This document shows positions 13,760 to 26,157 of a stretch of 64,000 bases of DNA, piece after piece. Position numbers and translations under genes: made by a program. Positions within the stretch are counted from its first letter, which is position 1. Every line of letters starts with the position of its first letter. Under the pieces are notes generated by a model. The model did no database searches. It saw only the letters and a program-made list of their open reading frames with translations, and had not been told where the DNA came from. Source of the stretch: Laetmonice hystrix (taxonomy: Eukaryota); contig OZ249447.1 in assembly GCA_965235115.1 (NCBI GenBank), positions 1,860,001 through 1,924,000 on the forward strand, given 5' to 3'.

Positions 13760-14028
13760 CAGGGCCCGGTTTTTTTGTTTACTTTTCCACCGTGAGCAAG
13801 GGTGAGCTGAGCTGAGCCAGGGTAAGCATGAGCTCATTCTCGCTGTTTTCGTGTTTTTTTGGGTTGCTTTTTTCCATGAGGCGTGCTCATGGTGAGCAAG
13901 CTCGCGGAAAAACACCCCCAAAAAAACGAAACAGTGAGCAAAACGGTGAGCATGAGCTTCTGCTCACCCTTACTCAGCTCAGCTCACCCTTGCTCACGGT
14001 GGAAAAGTAAACAAAAAAACGGGCCCTG
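13760..14028. mobile_element. MITE/foldback element with CAGGGCCCG termini (hAT-like ends)
   Basis: ~57-bp near-perfect TIR (CAGGGCCCG...GTGAGCTGAGCTGAG) with looser symmetry extending to ~110 bp; no 8-bp TSD found, so superfamily is tentative. Confidence 0.8.
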
Positions 14029-14788
14029 CATGGACTGCTAGGTTAGATAAGGCCTTAGACTACACAAATCAATACAGGTATAGGTATACACACATCAAGA
14101 AAAACTGTACGGTGTATAAGACGGTAGTAATTCAGAAGCTCTATGGTGTAGACTTATTATGTGACAGCTACATGGTAGCACGTGTTCCAACGTTTTCATC
14201 GCCAAGTTGATCAATTCGTTGTCAGTAATGAAGACACTTGATTGGTTGGTAGAGGAGACGATATTTAGGTCTCGGGACGCTGATTGTGTCGCCGGTATGA
14301 TTACCTCTGACACGGCAGACACTGAGGGGGCAAGTCTCATCCCATTTATCCATACACATCACAACGACAAATCGATTCCTTGGCACTTTGATGTATGAAA
14401 TCATTCCGTGTGTGTTGTTATCAATCTACTCGTGGATCTGCCGCGGAATTCTCGCCTGTCGAGGACACAATAGGCGCCTGCAATTGGTTATTGTCACAGC
14501 TCGAGCCACAAACCATGCTCACTGCTTGCTACCCGTTCCTATCCTAAACTGGGCCTCTTAACCCAACAGTGGCCTTCAAGTTATCGCTAATCGTTGCAAT
14601 CCAACATTGGGCTTACAAGTTACCGCTACTTGTTCCCATCCAACACTGGGCCTACAAGTTACCGCTACTTTCCTGCCCCCCCCCCCCCCGAGCAAAATTG
14701 AGAACCCCCTTTCTAATGCTCCAGGAAATTAGGCCTTCGGCGCTCGCCCAGGCCCGCCCCCAGCCCGCTGCCCGGCAACGACCCCTCT

Positions 14789-16477
14789 GTACAAGCGGAC
14801 TTATTACGATGTCACACCTGTGATTTCTGTACACACCTGTGATTTCTGTACAAGCAGACTTATTACGATGTCACACTTGTGATTTCTGTACAAGCAGTCT
14901 CATTACGATGTCACACCTGTGATTTCTGTACAAGCAGACTTATTACGATGTGACACCTGTGATTTCTGTACAAGCAGTCTCATTACGATGTCACACCTGT
15001 GATTTCTGTACAAGCAGACTTATTACGATGTGACACCTGTGATTTCTGTACAAGCAGTCTCATTACGATGTCACACCTGTGATTTCTGTACAAGCAGTCT
15101 CATTACGATGTCACACCTGTGATTTCTATACAAGCAGACTCATTACGATGTCACACCTGTGATTTCTGTACAAGCAGACTCATTACAATGTCACACCTGT
15201 CACACCTGTGATTTCTGTACAAGCAGTCTCATTACGATGTCACACCTGTGATTTCTATACAAGCGGACTCATTACAATGTCACACCTGTGACACCTGTGA
15301 TTTCTGTACAAGCAGTCTCATTACGATGTCACACCTGTGATTTCTGTACCAGCACACTTATTACGATGTGACACCTGTGATTTCTGTACAAGCAGTCTCA
15401 TTACGATGTGACACCTGTGATTTCTGTACAAGCAGTCTCATTACGATGTGACACCTGTGATTTCTGTACAAGCAGACTCATTACGATGTGACACCTGTGA
15501 TTTCTGTACAAGCAGTCTCATTACGATGTCACACCTGTGATTTCTGTACCAGCACACGTATTACGATGTGACACCTGTGATTTCTGTACAAGCAGTCTCA
15601 TTACGATGTCACACCTGTGATTTCTGTACCAGCACACGTATTACGATGTGACACCTGTGATTTCTGTACAAGCAGTCTCATTACGATGTCACACCTGTGA
15701 TTTCTGTACAAGCAGTCTCATTACGATGTCACACCTGTGATTTCTATACAAGCAGACTCATTACGATGTCACACCTGTGATTTCTGTACAAGCAGACTCA
15801 TTACAATGTCACACCTGTCACACCTGTGATTTCTGTACAAGCAGTCTCATTACGATGTCACACCTGTGATTTCTATACAAGCGGACTCATTACAATGTCA
15901 CACCTGTGACACCTGTGATTTCTGTACAAGCAGTCTCATTACGATGTCACACCTGTGATTTCTGTACCAGCACACTTATTACGATGTGACACCTGTGATT
16001 TCTGTACAAGCAGTCTCATTACGATGTGACACCTGTGATTTCTGTACAAGCAGTCTCATTACGATGTGACACCTGTGATTTCTGTACAAGCAGACTCATT
16101 ACGATGTGACACCTGTGATTTCTGTACAAGCAGTCTCATTACGATGTCACACCTGTGATTTCTGTACCAGCACACGTATTACGATGTGACACCTGTGATT
16201 TCTGTACAAGCAGTCTCATTACGATGTCACACCTGTGATTTCTGTACCAGCACACGTATTACGATGTGACACCTGTGATTTCTGTACAAGCAGTCTCATT
16301 ACGATGTCACACCTGTGATTTCTGTACCAGCACACGTATTACGATGTGACACCTGTGATTTCTGTACAAGCAGTCTCATTACGATGTCACACCTGTGATT
16401 TCTGTACAAGCAGACTCATTACGATGTCACACCTGTGATTTCTGTACAAGCAGTCTCATTACGATGTCACACCTGTG
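14789..16477. repeat. Minisatellite, 40-bp unit, with higher-order structure
   Basis: Unit ACAAGCAGTCTCATTACGATGTCACACCTGTGATTTCTGT; a rare variant block recurs 618 bp apart (15183 and 15801). Confidence 0.95.
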
Positions 16478-17384
16478 TACCCCAGGAGTACACGAATGTA
16501 CACATGTATCGCAGGGGTAGTAGAATGTATACGTGTTAAGAAAGCTGCCGCAGTAATGAGGGATTAATGCTCTTTCTATGCCTTCTGCTGCTGAACAAGC
16601 TGATTTCTCCAAGGATGCGCTAATTAATTACATAGGTTCATTTTCCCCGGAAGCCATCTGCTCTTCCACGAGCCCAAAGATCTCCTATCCAGGTTTCGGC
16701 AGGTGGAGGCTTGCAGCAGTGACGCCGAACTAATACGACTGGCTCCTGCTAAGCCACGTCTCGGTGGCGGTGCACCTTATCATTACCTTAGTTTTCGTTG
16801 CTACCTGCCGCATGGTCAAGATGCGCAGCACGTGGACAACATGATGGTGGCGTGGCGTGAAGGGGCGGGCGGCCGGCTGCCGTGGAGTCTGACCCTGCCG
16901 GGAGGTGTGGCCGGCCCGGCGGGGAGGGAGGGAGGGAGCAGTGATCACCATCGATCTTCACCACCGGCCGAGTCGTTCACTGGTGGTGGCCGCCGTGCGG
17001 CTCATTTGCCCTCATCGACCGGCAGGCCACGTGCACAAAACAGCCAGGTCCCAGGTGTTGAACGGGAGCCAGCCAGTGGACAGGCCGCCTTACCTGAGCT
17101 CGAATCTCCCGGGCTTTGCGACACGAGGCGACCGCCGGACACCAATGAAAGGAGACAAGGGTGACTTGCAACTGTCAACGTCTCTGTACAACACTGATAC
17201 AATCTCTCCGTGAGGCTTGAGGCGACGATTACAGACCGAGAGGACCTGGAGAACGTCCATGATGGGATCAACGCCCACGCCTGGTTAGGGACGAGCAGAG
17301 GGAGGTGTGTCCTGGCGTCAAGACTGTCTTGGGTTGTTGGGTTGGCCTGGCTTAGACCTGTTTCAACTGTGTCTATAAGCGTCA

Positions 17385-17878
17385 CAACCGTCTTGGATTG
17401 ACGTGGCTCGGACCCGTTTCAACAGTGCTGTGTGTATAGGCGTCACGACCCGTTTCAACAGTGCTGTGTGTATAGGCGTCACGACCCGTTTCAACAGTGT
17501 TGTGTGTATAGGCGTCACGACTGTCTTGGATTGACGTGGCTCGGACCCGTTTCAACTGTGTCTATAAGCGTCACGACCGTCTTGGGTTGACGTGGCTCGG
17601 ACCCGTTTCAACTGTGTCTATAAGCGTCACGACCGTCTTGGGTTGACGTGGCTCGGACCCGTTTCAAATGTGCCTATAAGCGTCACAACCGTCTTGGGTT
17701 GACGTCGCTCCGACCCGTTTCAACTGTGTCTATAGGCGTCACGACCGTCTTGGGTTGACGTGGCTGGGACTCGTTTCAACAGTGCTGTGTGTATAGGCGT
17801 CACGACTCTCTTGGGTTGACGTGGCTCGGACCCGTTTCAACTGTGTCTATAAGCGTCACGACCGTCTTGGGTTGACGT
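17385..17878. repeat. Minisatellite, ~56-bp unit with 37-bp sub-units
   Basis: GTCTTGGGTTGACGTGGCTCGGACCCGTTTCAACTGTGTCTATAAGCGTCACGACC repeated. Confidence 0.9.
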
Positions 17879-17892
17879 GCGTGGCACGGGTC

Positions 17893-17952
17893 GGCTGGAG
17901 CAGCTGGTAGATCGGCTGGAGCAGCTGGTAGATCGGCTGGAGCAGCTGGTAG
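17893..17952. repeat. 21-bp tandem triplication
   Basis: GGCTGGAGCAGCTGGTAGATC, about 3 copies. Confidence 0.85.
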
Positions 17953-19594
17953 AAAGACATCCCACCATGTCACCCCCATTATGATCACGACGTTGACCCT
18001 TCTGAAAGACGAAAACACCTGCCGACCGGACAGAAAAACCATATTTTTCCATTTGTTAGACTCGGGCAAGTGTATTAACCGCACACAATAATGTGTATGT
18101 CGGCGTAGCGCGCCTTCTATCGCACGGCCACGGCCTAGTTTCGGGTTGGATTACCGTTTCGTAATCTTGTGTCAAATTAGGAGACCACGGGAGGATGAGA
18201 CGAGGTGAGATCATTTAATTAGTAACGTCCTCATCCCCACAGAGCTGACCTTTTGTCGGACGGACCTATCATCGGACCTCGCCACTCGCCGGCCACTCAG
18301 AGTGCATGTACAGATTGCTCATGGCTGTTATCATCAAACATTTAGAGAGAGAAAACTTGGATGACCTGCTGCGCGAGCAATCTAAGCCACCGGCCTCTTA
18401 TCTTTGTTGTGGATATCCGTCGTTTTATATGATGAAGCGGGCCGTCCCCGCCGGTCAGACCACACCACATCAGAAGCTGACGAGCACAAGGCGTTTGGGC
18501 GCAATGAATAATGTAACAGCCGACTGAAGACTTGACGTCCGCTTGATTGCATATATATCTGTTTTCCTGGCAGAAATCGATGGACTTGAAAACGTCCATT
18601 GAAGTAACCTTGTAGGAAGACTGCTCCGTCTCGTCCACTCAAGATCTATTGGCGCGCCTTGATTTGAAAGTTCAGCAATGAGCCAATTTACAATACAAAT
18701 CTACTAATCAGTTGGTCGCAGGTCGTGGTACCCTGCCCGTAAACGGAATACACCGCCTAGTGAATACTTCATGGGCAGCATTGGTTTCTCCCCCTCACTC
18801 CGCAGGGTATAAGGGATTATACCGGCGGGCATTGCATTGACTACACAAGGTGCCTTTGATCAGTCCCGCTATGTGCAACGTCGTCTATTTTACATCTCTC
18901 AACTGAGCGAGTCCTAACAATACAAAAAACGATGCAGTCGAGAGTCAGCATACAGCAATGAGCGGATGGATACACGTGATGGCGAGGTGTGTATGAATAT
19001 TTAATTATAATTGTCTGAATGCCAGGACATGGTCAAAGTATGTCGACAAGACTGTTTGCCATCACAGCAGTGAAACGGGTGGATCACCGGATTCAATGGC
19101 CAGTGTTTACTGCGATACGATAGGTATCCTTGTAACTGACCATCATATCAAGCGGCAGTACTCGAGGTAAAATGAGCCAGGGAAATCGTGGTCCTACATT
19201 GACGCTTAGACCATCGTGCTTCCCAGGAAACGGCCTATTTGTTGCCCAGCGGTAACCAAGTGAAATGCATTAGACCAGTAATTGGGATTCGCTCGTTCAA
19301 AGACCCGTTAAAATATACAATTACTCAGATCATGGTAAGGACGATGCTTAGATACTCAGATTCTCTGAGCGACAATCCACTAGCCAGGGTGATGGAGTAA
19401 AAGGTGAAGTCTCGCGAGGAGAAGCGAGATTAAGAGAGCGTCATTGATTGGCGGGTTGCTTGGAGTGATTCCAGGTTATTTTTAGTGCAGGCGCCGCTAG
19501 CTTCTCGTGTATTGGAACTATCACTTCATCACGCAGCATACACCTGTAGCAACACTTAAATCAAGCTCAGAGACCACGGAGAACTGAAGAGTGT

Positions 19595-21409
19595 ATGGAC
19601 ACAATGGAGACTGTACAAAGTACAGAGTCCAGTGACGCTGGTACCGCTACTCCTGACAACACAACTTATATTACTCCACAGGAGGACTCACACGGGGGAT
19701 ACGACTGGCTCAATATCATTTATTATGCAGCGTTCTTGCCCCTTGGGTTTCTGGGAAATCTTTTGTGCGTTATCGTTGTTGGATACATCGTAAGGCATCA
19801 AGCAAGTCGTCGAAATGTACCAGATATTTTGGTCGGATTTTTATCGGCCGTAGAACTATTCTCCATCCTGAGTTTCCACAGTATTTCTGTGGTCGCTATG
19901 GTGATTGGTAAGTGGGTGTTTCCACATACTATATGTACAATTCAAGCTATCTGTGTAGGTCTTTACCTGAAGTTGGAGTTCCTTGTGCAGGTATGTATAT
20001 ATGTGGATCGATACCTAGCCCTCACCAAGCCCTTTCGTTATCAACAGTGCAGCTCGAGCAAGCTCGTACGTATGGTCATCATTGTTATCATAGTTGTCAG
20101 CATTATCACCAGCACACTCATGATTGTGACGTCATACCCGGGCGTTCGGTTACTAACGACGTGGTACTTGTGTGTGTATCAACTCGACAGTACCAGTATC
20201 GCCCCTAACTGTGTGTTGGGAGTGGCCTACTTGCTGTTCGTTATCGGATTTATCTTAGTTATTGTATGTAATCTGCATCTTGTGAAGAATTTATGCCGAT
20301 ACCATGGTCTGGGCAGTTCCAACATCATCATACATGATCTCACAGACGTCATTCAGGCGCAGGACAAAGACACAAAAATTCCTCCACATGCACTTTTGGA
20401 ACTGGCGAATTCTGTCGTCATGTCCCACCGACACTCTTCAAGTGGAGCAGCTCGCTCGTCAACGCCCCGTTCATCGTCCTCAGTCAAGTATGGCAACACG
20501 CTTACACCCGACCCAAACAACGTCCACTCTCGCGAGAAGACGCCTCAATTTCTCGATATTCCGCACCAGAAACCACGTGCGAGTAGTGTGAATGCGACTA
20601 CTGACGCTGAAAACGTGAATATCTTTCATCATTTGAATTCATTGAGGCCGAACCCGTGTGTCTCCGAAGGTTGTCTGAGAGGCTCTCAGAAGTCTATACA
20701 TCTTGAGGTCTTTGATCGACAAAAGCCAAACGCAGGTCTGGTCAATAATTGGGGAACATTCCGATCGAACTCGTTGTCTCGAACCCTGAACCCCTGTGGC
20801 GATCACTCGTCGGAGGCGTCTACCGGTATTGTGATCACTGTTGACGAACCCTCAACCTCCGATCCTCGTCTGGACTCTGTACGGACTCAATCCACAGAAC
20901 TCCTCAACAAGAGAGACGACGAGGACGAGGAGGAGGTAACGTTTTCACAACAATGTGTAGGTCCTCCTCGCATTGTACTGAATGGAGATTTAAGACGGTC
21001 TCAGAGCCTAGCAAGCCTCTCCCCAGAAACTGCCCCACTAAATCCAGAAGATCTGCCACGGAGAGAGAGCTGGAGGTCGACGTGTTCAGTAAAGACGGTT
21101 ACCAAACGTAATTCTATATTATCCAAATCTCTTTCGGTTGACGATGGTTTAAACAAGGGAACCTCATCGAGAAAACATTCCCGGGATTACCGGTGTAGCA
21201 TCACCCCCAGTATATTACGTGATAATCATAGTGTGTCACTAGGGCGACCCACGTCTCCTCTTGTAAGAGAATCTTACATTCAACGCCAAATGTCAAAGGT
21301 TCTCCGGTTGGTGGACAAGGCGCTGCGAAGACAGAAACGTGAAATAGTATTGGCCAGGATCGTTCTGCTCAACGCATGCGTGTTCGTGCTGACTTGGCTT
21401 CCGTTTATT
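19595..21409 (+). CDS. Class A (rhodopsin-like) GPCR, prostanoid/EP4-receptor-like; coding exon 1 (TM1-TM6, 605 codons)
   Basis: 607-aa ORF with GN in TM1, C in TM3, DRYLAL-PF-Y after TM3, CN in TM5 and FVLTWLPF in TM6. Donor ATT|GTAAGT at 21410, phase 0, at the end of TM6 as in prostanoid receptor genes. Family call is from recalled motif similarity, not a search. Confidence 0.9.
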
Positions 21410-21786
21410 GTAAGTTAAAGAGTACTAGGGTAAAAAACTACAATCTTGTTAAGCATCACAATAACTGTGTTTCCCTTATAACATTAGGAGTTTAATGGGT
21501 ATCACTACCTCTTTATTCACGCTCCTGATTACTTAGTCTTTGGATACATTCCTATATATAGCGATTTCTCTCGTGTCTGGTTGTACCTAAGTAAAATATA
21601 TATTCGTGTGGTACTGGATCCACTTAAATTTTATTTGGTCAAATTAGCAATTTCGACCTATCCAAACTGATATTTCAACAATAGATTTGGAAAAGTAACG
21701 TTAATTTATTTTTACTCCAAAGTTGAACTTCTACGGTTGATTATGTATAATTACGCTACCGGTGGGTATGGGTGAGAATATTTTAC

Positions 21787-21864
21787 ATGTTTACATCTCT
21801 GTTTGTGTGTAGATGTTTACATCTCTGTTTGTGTGTAGATGTTTACATCTCTGTTTGTGTGTAG
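21787..21864 (+). repeat. 26-bp tandem triplication of the GPCR splice acceptor
   Basis: ATGTTTACATCTCTGTTTGTGTGTAG x3; AGs end at 21812, 21838 and 21864. Confidence 0.92.
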
Positions 21865-22063
21865 ATAGCATCAGTGTTCACCTGGTTTGGAAGTGTATCA
21901 AGCCCGATGGTTGGAGATATCTGCCTGAAGCTGGTCTTTTCAAACGCTGTCCTCAACCCGCTGTTTCATGGTTTATGCCGGAGTAACTACAGAAAAGGAT
22001 TCGCCTACACCACTGAGCTCATTCTACACTACGCTACGTGTAAGATCGTCAAGCGGCCAAACG
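21865..22063 (+). CDS. GPCR coding exon 2 (ECL3, TM7, helix 8)
   Basis: After GTAG|: IASVFTWFGSVSSPMVGDICLKLVFSNAVLNPLFHGLCRSNYRKGF, in frame with exon 1. Probable donor ACG|GTGAGC at 22064; read-through would end at the stop at 22140. Confidence 0.8.
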
Positions 22064-22207
22064 GTGAGCCCAGCACGTTTTTCTCCCCACTTCCTCCCGT
22101 TTGCATGCACCTTTGTTATCTATACACTGTTTTCCATTAAAGATGCTGAATTCTCTTCCTACATTAACAAAGAAATAAGACTATATCATATGGGCTGACC
22201 TTTTCAG

Positions 22208-22362
22208 ATGGGACGAGGCATACAGTAAGACGCCTACGCGCCACTCAGGTCCTGGCGTACCTGTGCCCCTTTATTAAGTTACCGGATATGAGAAAGAATA
22301 TTATAGCTCGAAACATCACGCAGTATTTTCGCCAATTTGTAAAATCCACAAAAAATAATTGA
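22208..22362 (+). CDS. Possible final GPCR exon (C-terminal tail)
   Basis: CTGACCTTTTCAG| acceptor is phase-compatible with the donor at 22064 and open for ~50 codons to TGA; no homology support. Confidence 0.3.
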
Positions 22363-22562
22363 CAATATTCCTTTAAGTTACCGGATATGAGAAAGAATAT
22401 AGCTCGAAACATCCGGCTTATAACAATGAATGGACATGAGCGCCCCCCCCCCCAACAGGTATGATATTGTGTTCCTAACAGGCTTGGTTATCAGATCCCC
22501 TCCGCCATCCGGCGGCGATATTGGATCCCTTCCCCCAACAGGATGTGATATCAGATCCCCTC

Positions 22563-23117
22563 TCCCAACAGGCGGTAATAACCCCCCCCCCCCAACAGGC
22601 GGTAATACCCCCCCAACAGGCGGTAATACCCCCCCAACAGGCGGTAATACCCCCCCAACAGGCGGTAATAACCCCCCAACAGGCGGTAATACCCCCCAAC
22701 AGGCGGTAATAACCCCCCAACAGGCGGTAATACCCCCCCCCCAACAGGCGGTAATACCCCCCCCCAACAGGCGGTAATACCCCCCTCAACAGGCGGTAAT
22801 ACCCCCCCAACAGGCGGTAATAACCCCCCAACAGGCGGTAATACCCCCCCAACAGGCGGTAATACCCCCCCAACAGGCGGTAATACCCCCCCAACAGGCG
22901 GTAATACCCCCCCCAACAGGCGGTAATACCCCCCTCAACAGGCGGTAATACCCCCCAACAGGCGGTAATAACCCCCCAACAGGCGGTAATACCCCCCCAA
23001 CAGGCGGTAATACCCCCCCTCCCCAACAGGCGGTAATACCCCCCCAACAGGCGGTAATACCCCCCAACAGGCGGTAATACCCCCCCAACAGGCGGTAATA
23101 CCTCCCCAACAGGCGGT
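22563..23117. repeat. C-rich minisatellite, ~20-21-bp unit
   Basis: C(6-10)AACAGGCGGTAATA(A) repeated; G-runs on the minus strand. Confidence 0.95.
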
Positions 23118-26070
23118 GACGCAGAGAGAGATATTGTTCTAACAGTACAGAACACACCGTTCAGACCTGACGCACACAGAGATATTGTTCTAACAGTACA
23201 GAACACACCGTTCAGACCTGACGCACACAGAGATATTGTTCTAACAGTACAGAACACACCGTTCAGACCTGACGCACACAGAGATATTGTTCTAACAGTA
23301 CAGAACACACCGTTCAGACCTGACGCACACAGAGATATTGTTCTAACAGTACAGAACACACCGTTCAGACCTGACGCACACAGAGATATTGTTCTAACAG
23401 TACAGAACACACCGTTCAGACCTGACGCACACAGAGATATTGTTCTAACAGTACAGAACACACCGTTCAGACCTGACGCACACAGAGATATTGTTCTAAC
23501 AGTACAGAACACACCGTTCAGACCTGACGCACACAGAGATATTGTTCTAACAGTACAGAACACACCGTTCAGACCTGACGCACACAGAGATATTGTTCTA
23601 ACAGTACAGAACACACCGTTCGGACCTGACGCACACAGAGATATTGTTCTAACAGTACAGAACACACCGTTCGGACCTGACGCACACAGAGATATTGTTC
23701 TAACAGTACAGAACACACCGTTCGGACCTGACGCACACAGAGATATTGTTCTAACAGTACAGAACACACCGTTCAGACCTGACCCACAGAGATATTGTTC
23801 TAACAGTACAGAACACACCGTTCAGACCTGACGCAGAGAGAGATATTGTTCTAACAGTACAGAACACACCGTTCGGACCTGACGCACACAGAGATATTGT
23901 TCTAACAGTACAGAACACACTGTTCAGACCTGACGCACAGAGATCTCGATATTGTTCTAACAGTACAGAACACACCGTTCAGACCTGACGCACAGAGATC
24001 TCGATATTGTTCTAACAGTACAGAACACACCGTTCAGACCTGACGCACACAGAGATATTGTTCTAACAGTACAGAACACACCGTTCAGACCTGACGCACA
24101 CAGAGATATTGTTCTAACAGTACAGAACACACCGTTCAGACCTGACGCAGAGAGAGATATTGTTCTAACAGTACAGAACACACCGTTCAGACCTGACGCA
24201 GAGAGAGATATTGTTCTAACAGTACAGAACACACCGTTCAGACCTGACGCAGAGAGAGATATTGTTCTAACAGTACAGAACACACCGTTCAGACCTGACG
24301 CAGAGAGAGATATTGTTCTAACAGTACAGAACACACCGTTCAGACCTAACGCACACAGAGATATTGTTCTAACAGTACAGAACACACCGTTCAGACCTGA
24401 CGCACACAGAGATATTGTTCTAACAGTACAGAACACACCGTTCAGACCTGACGCACACAGAGATATTGTTCTAACAGTACAGAACACACCGTTCAGACCT
24501 GACGCACACAGAGATATTGTTCTAACAGTACAGAACACACCGTTCAGACCCGACGCACACAGAGATATTGTTCTAACAGTACAGAACACACCGTTCAGAC
24601 CTGACGCACACAGAGATATTGTTCTAACAGTACAGAACACACCGTTCAGACCTGACGCACACAGAGATATTGTTCTAACAGTACAGAACACACCGTTCAG
24701 ACCTGACGCACACAGAGATATTGTTCTAACAGTACAGAACACACCGTTCAGACCTGACGCACACAGATCTCGATATTGTTCTAACAGTACAGAACACACC
24801 GTTCAGACCTGACCCACACAGAGATATTGTTCTAACAGTACAGAACACACCGTTCAGACCTGACGCACACAGAGATATTGTTCTAACAGTACAGAACACA
24901 CCGTTCAGACCTGACGCAGAGAGAGATATTGTTCTAACAGTACAGAACACACCGTTCAGACCTGACGCACAGAGATCTCGATATTGTTCTAACAGTACAG
25001 AACACACCGTTCAGACCTGACGCACACAGAGATATTGTTCTAACAGTACAGAACACACCGTTCAGACCTGACGCACAGAGATCTCGATATTGTTCTAACA
25101 GTACAGAACACACCGTTCAGACCTGACCCACACAGAGATATTGTTCTAACAGTACAGAACACACCGTTCAGACCTGACGCACACAGAGATATTGTTCTAA
25201 CAGTACAGAACACACCGTTCAGACCTGACGCAGAGAGAGATATTGTTCTAACAGTACAGAACACACCGTTCAGACCTGACGCACACAGAGATATTGTTCT
25301 AACAGTACAGAACACACCGTTCAGACCTAACGCACACAGAGATATTGTTCTAACAGTACAGAACACACCGTTCAGACCTGACGCACACAGAGATATTGTT
25401 CTAACAGTACAGAACACACCGTTCAGACCTGACGCACACAGAGATATTGTTCTAACAGTACAGACCACACCGTTCAGACCTGACGTACACAGAGATATTG
25501 TTCTAACAGTACAGAACACACCGTTCAGACCTGACGCAGAGAGAGATATTGTTCTAACAGTACAGAACACACCGTTCAGACCTGACGCAGAGAGAGATAT
25601 TGTTCTAACAGTACAGAACACACCGTTCAGACCTAACGCACACAGAGATATTGTTCTAACAGTACAGAACACACCGTTCAGACCTGACGCACACAGAGAT
25701 ATTGTTCTAACAGTACAGAACACACCGTTCAGACCTGACGCACACAGAGATATTGTTCTAACAGTACAGAACACACCGTTCAGACCTGACGCACACAGAG
25801 ATATTGTTCTAACAGTACAGAACACACCGTTCAGACCTGACGCACACAGAGATATTGTTCTAACAGTACAGAACACACCGTTCAGACCTGACGCACACAG
25901 AGATATTGTTCTAACAGTACAGAACACACCGTTCAGACCTGACGCACACAGAGATATTGTTCTAACAGTACAGAACACACCGTTCAGACCTGACGCACAC
26001 AGAGATATTGTTCTAACAGTACAGAACACACCGTTCTGAACTAACGCACACAGAGATATTGTTCTAACAG
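23118..26070. repeat. Minisatellite, 51-bp unit, ~58 copies
   Basis: Unit GAGATATTGTTCTAACAGTACAGAACACACCGTTCAGACCTGACGCACACA; occasional GAGATCTCGATATTG variant. Confidence 0.97.
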
Positions 26071-26157
26071 TCATAATCAGGTGGTCAGTTTTGCTGGTGG
26101 AGAAAACCGGAGTGTCCCAGGGAAAACCACCGACCTTACAGAGGTAACTGCCAAACG
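26071..26157 (-). mobile_element. SINE body fragment
   Basis: Minus strand reads GGTCGGTGGTTTTCCCTGGGACACTCCGGTTTTCTCCACCAGCAAAACTGACC. This closely matches my recollection of a widespread invertebrate SINE motif (GGTCGGTGGTTTTCTCCGGGTACTCCGGTTTCCTCCACC). The tRNA head is not seen. Confidence 0.6.

Noticed and set aside
16703-17401. Overlapping GC-rich ORFs
   Set aside because: Open in several frames on both strands, which GC content explains; no recognisable domain.
17800-18642. ORF YRLLMAVIIKHLERENL (LINE RT-like?) and the peptide SGRQVFS recurring in two minus-strand ORFs
   Set aside because: The RT motifs before and after do not follow; the 7-aa match does not extend and is compatible with chance.
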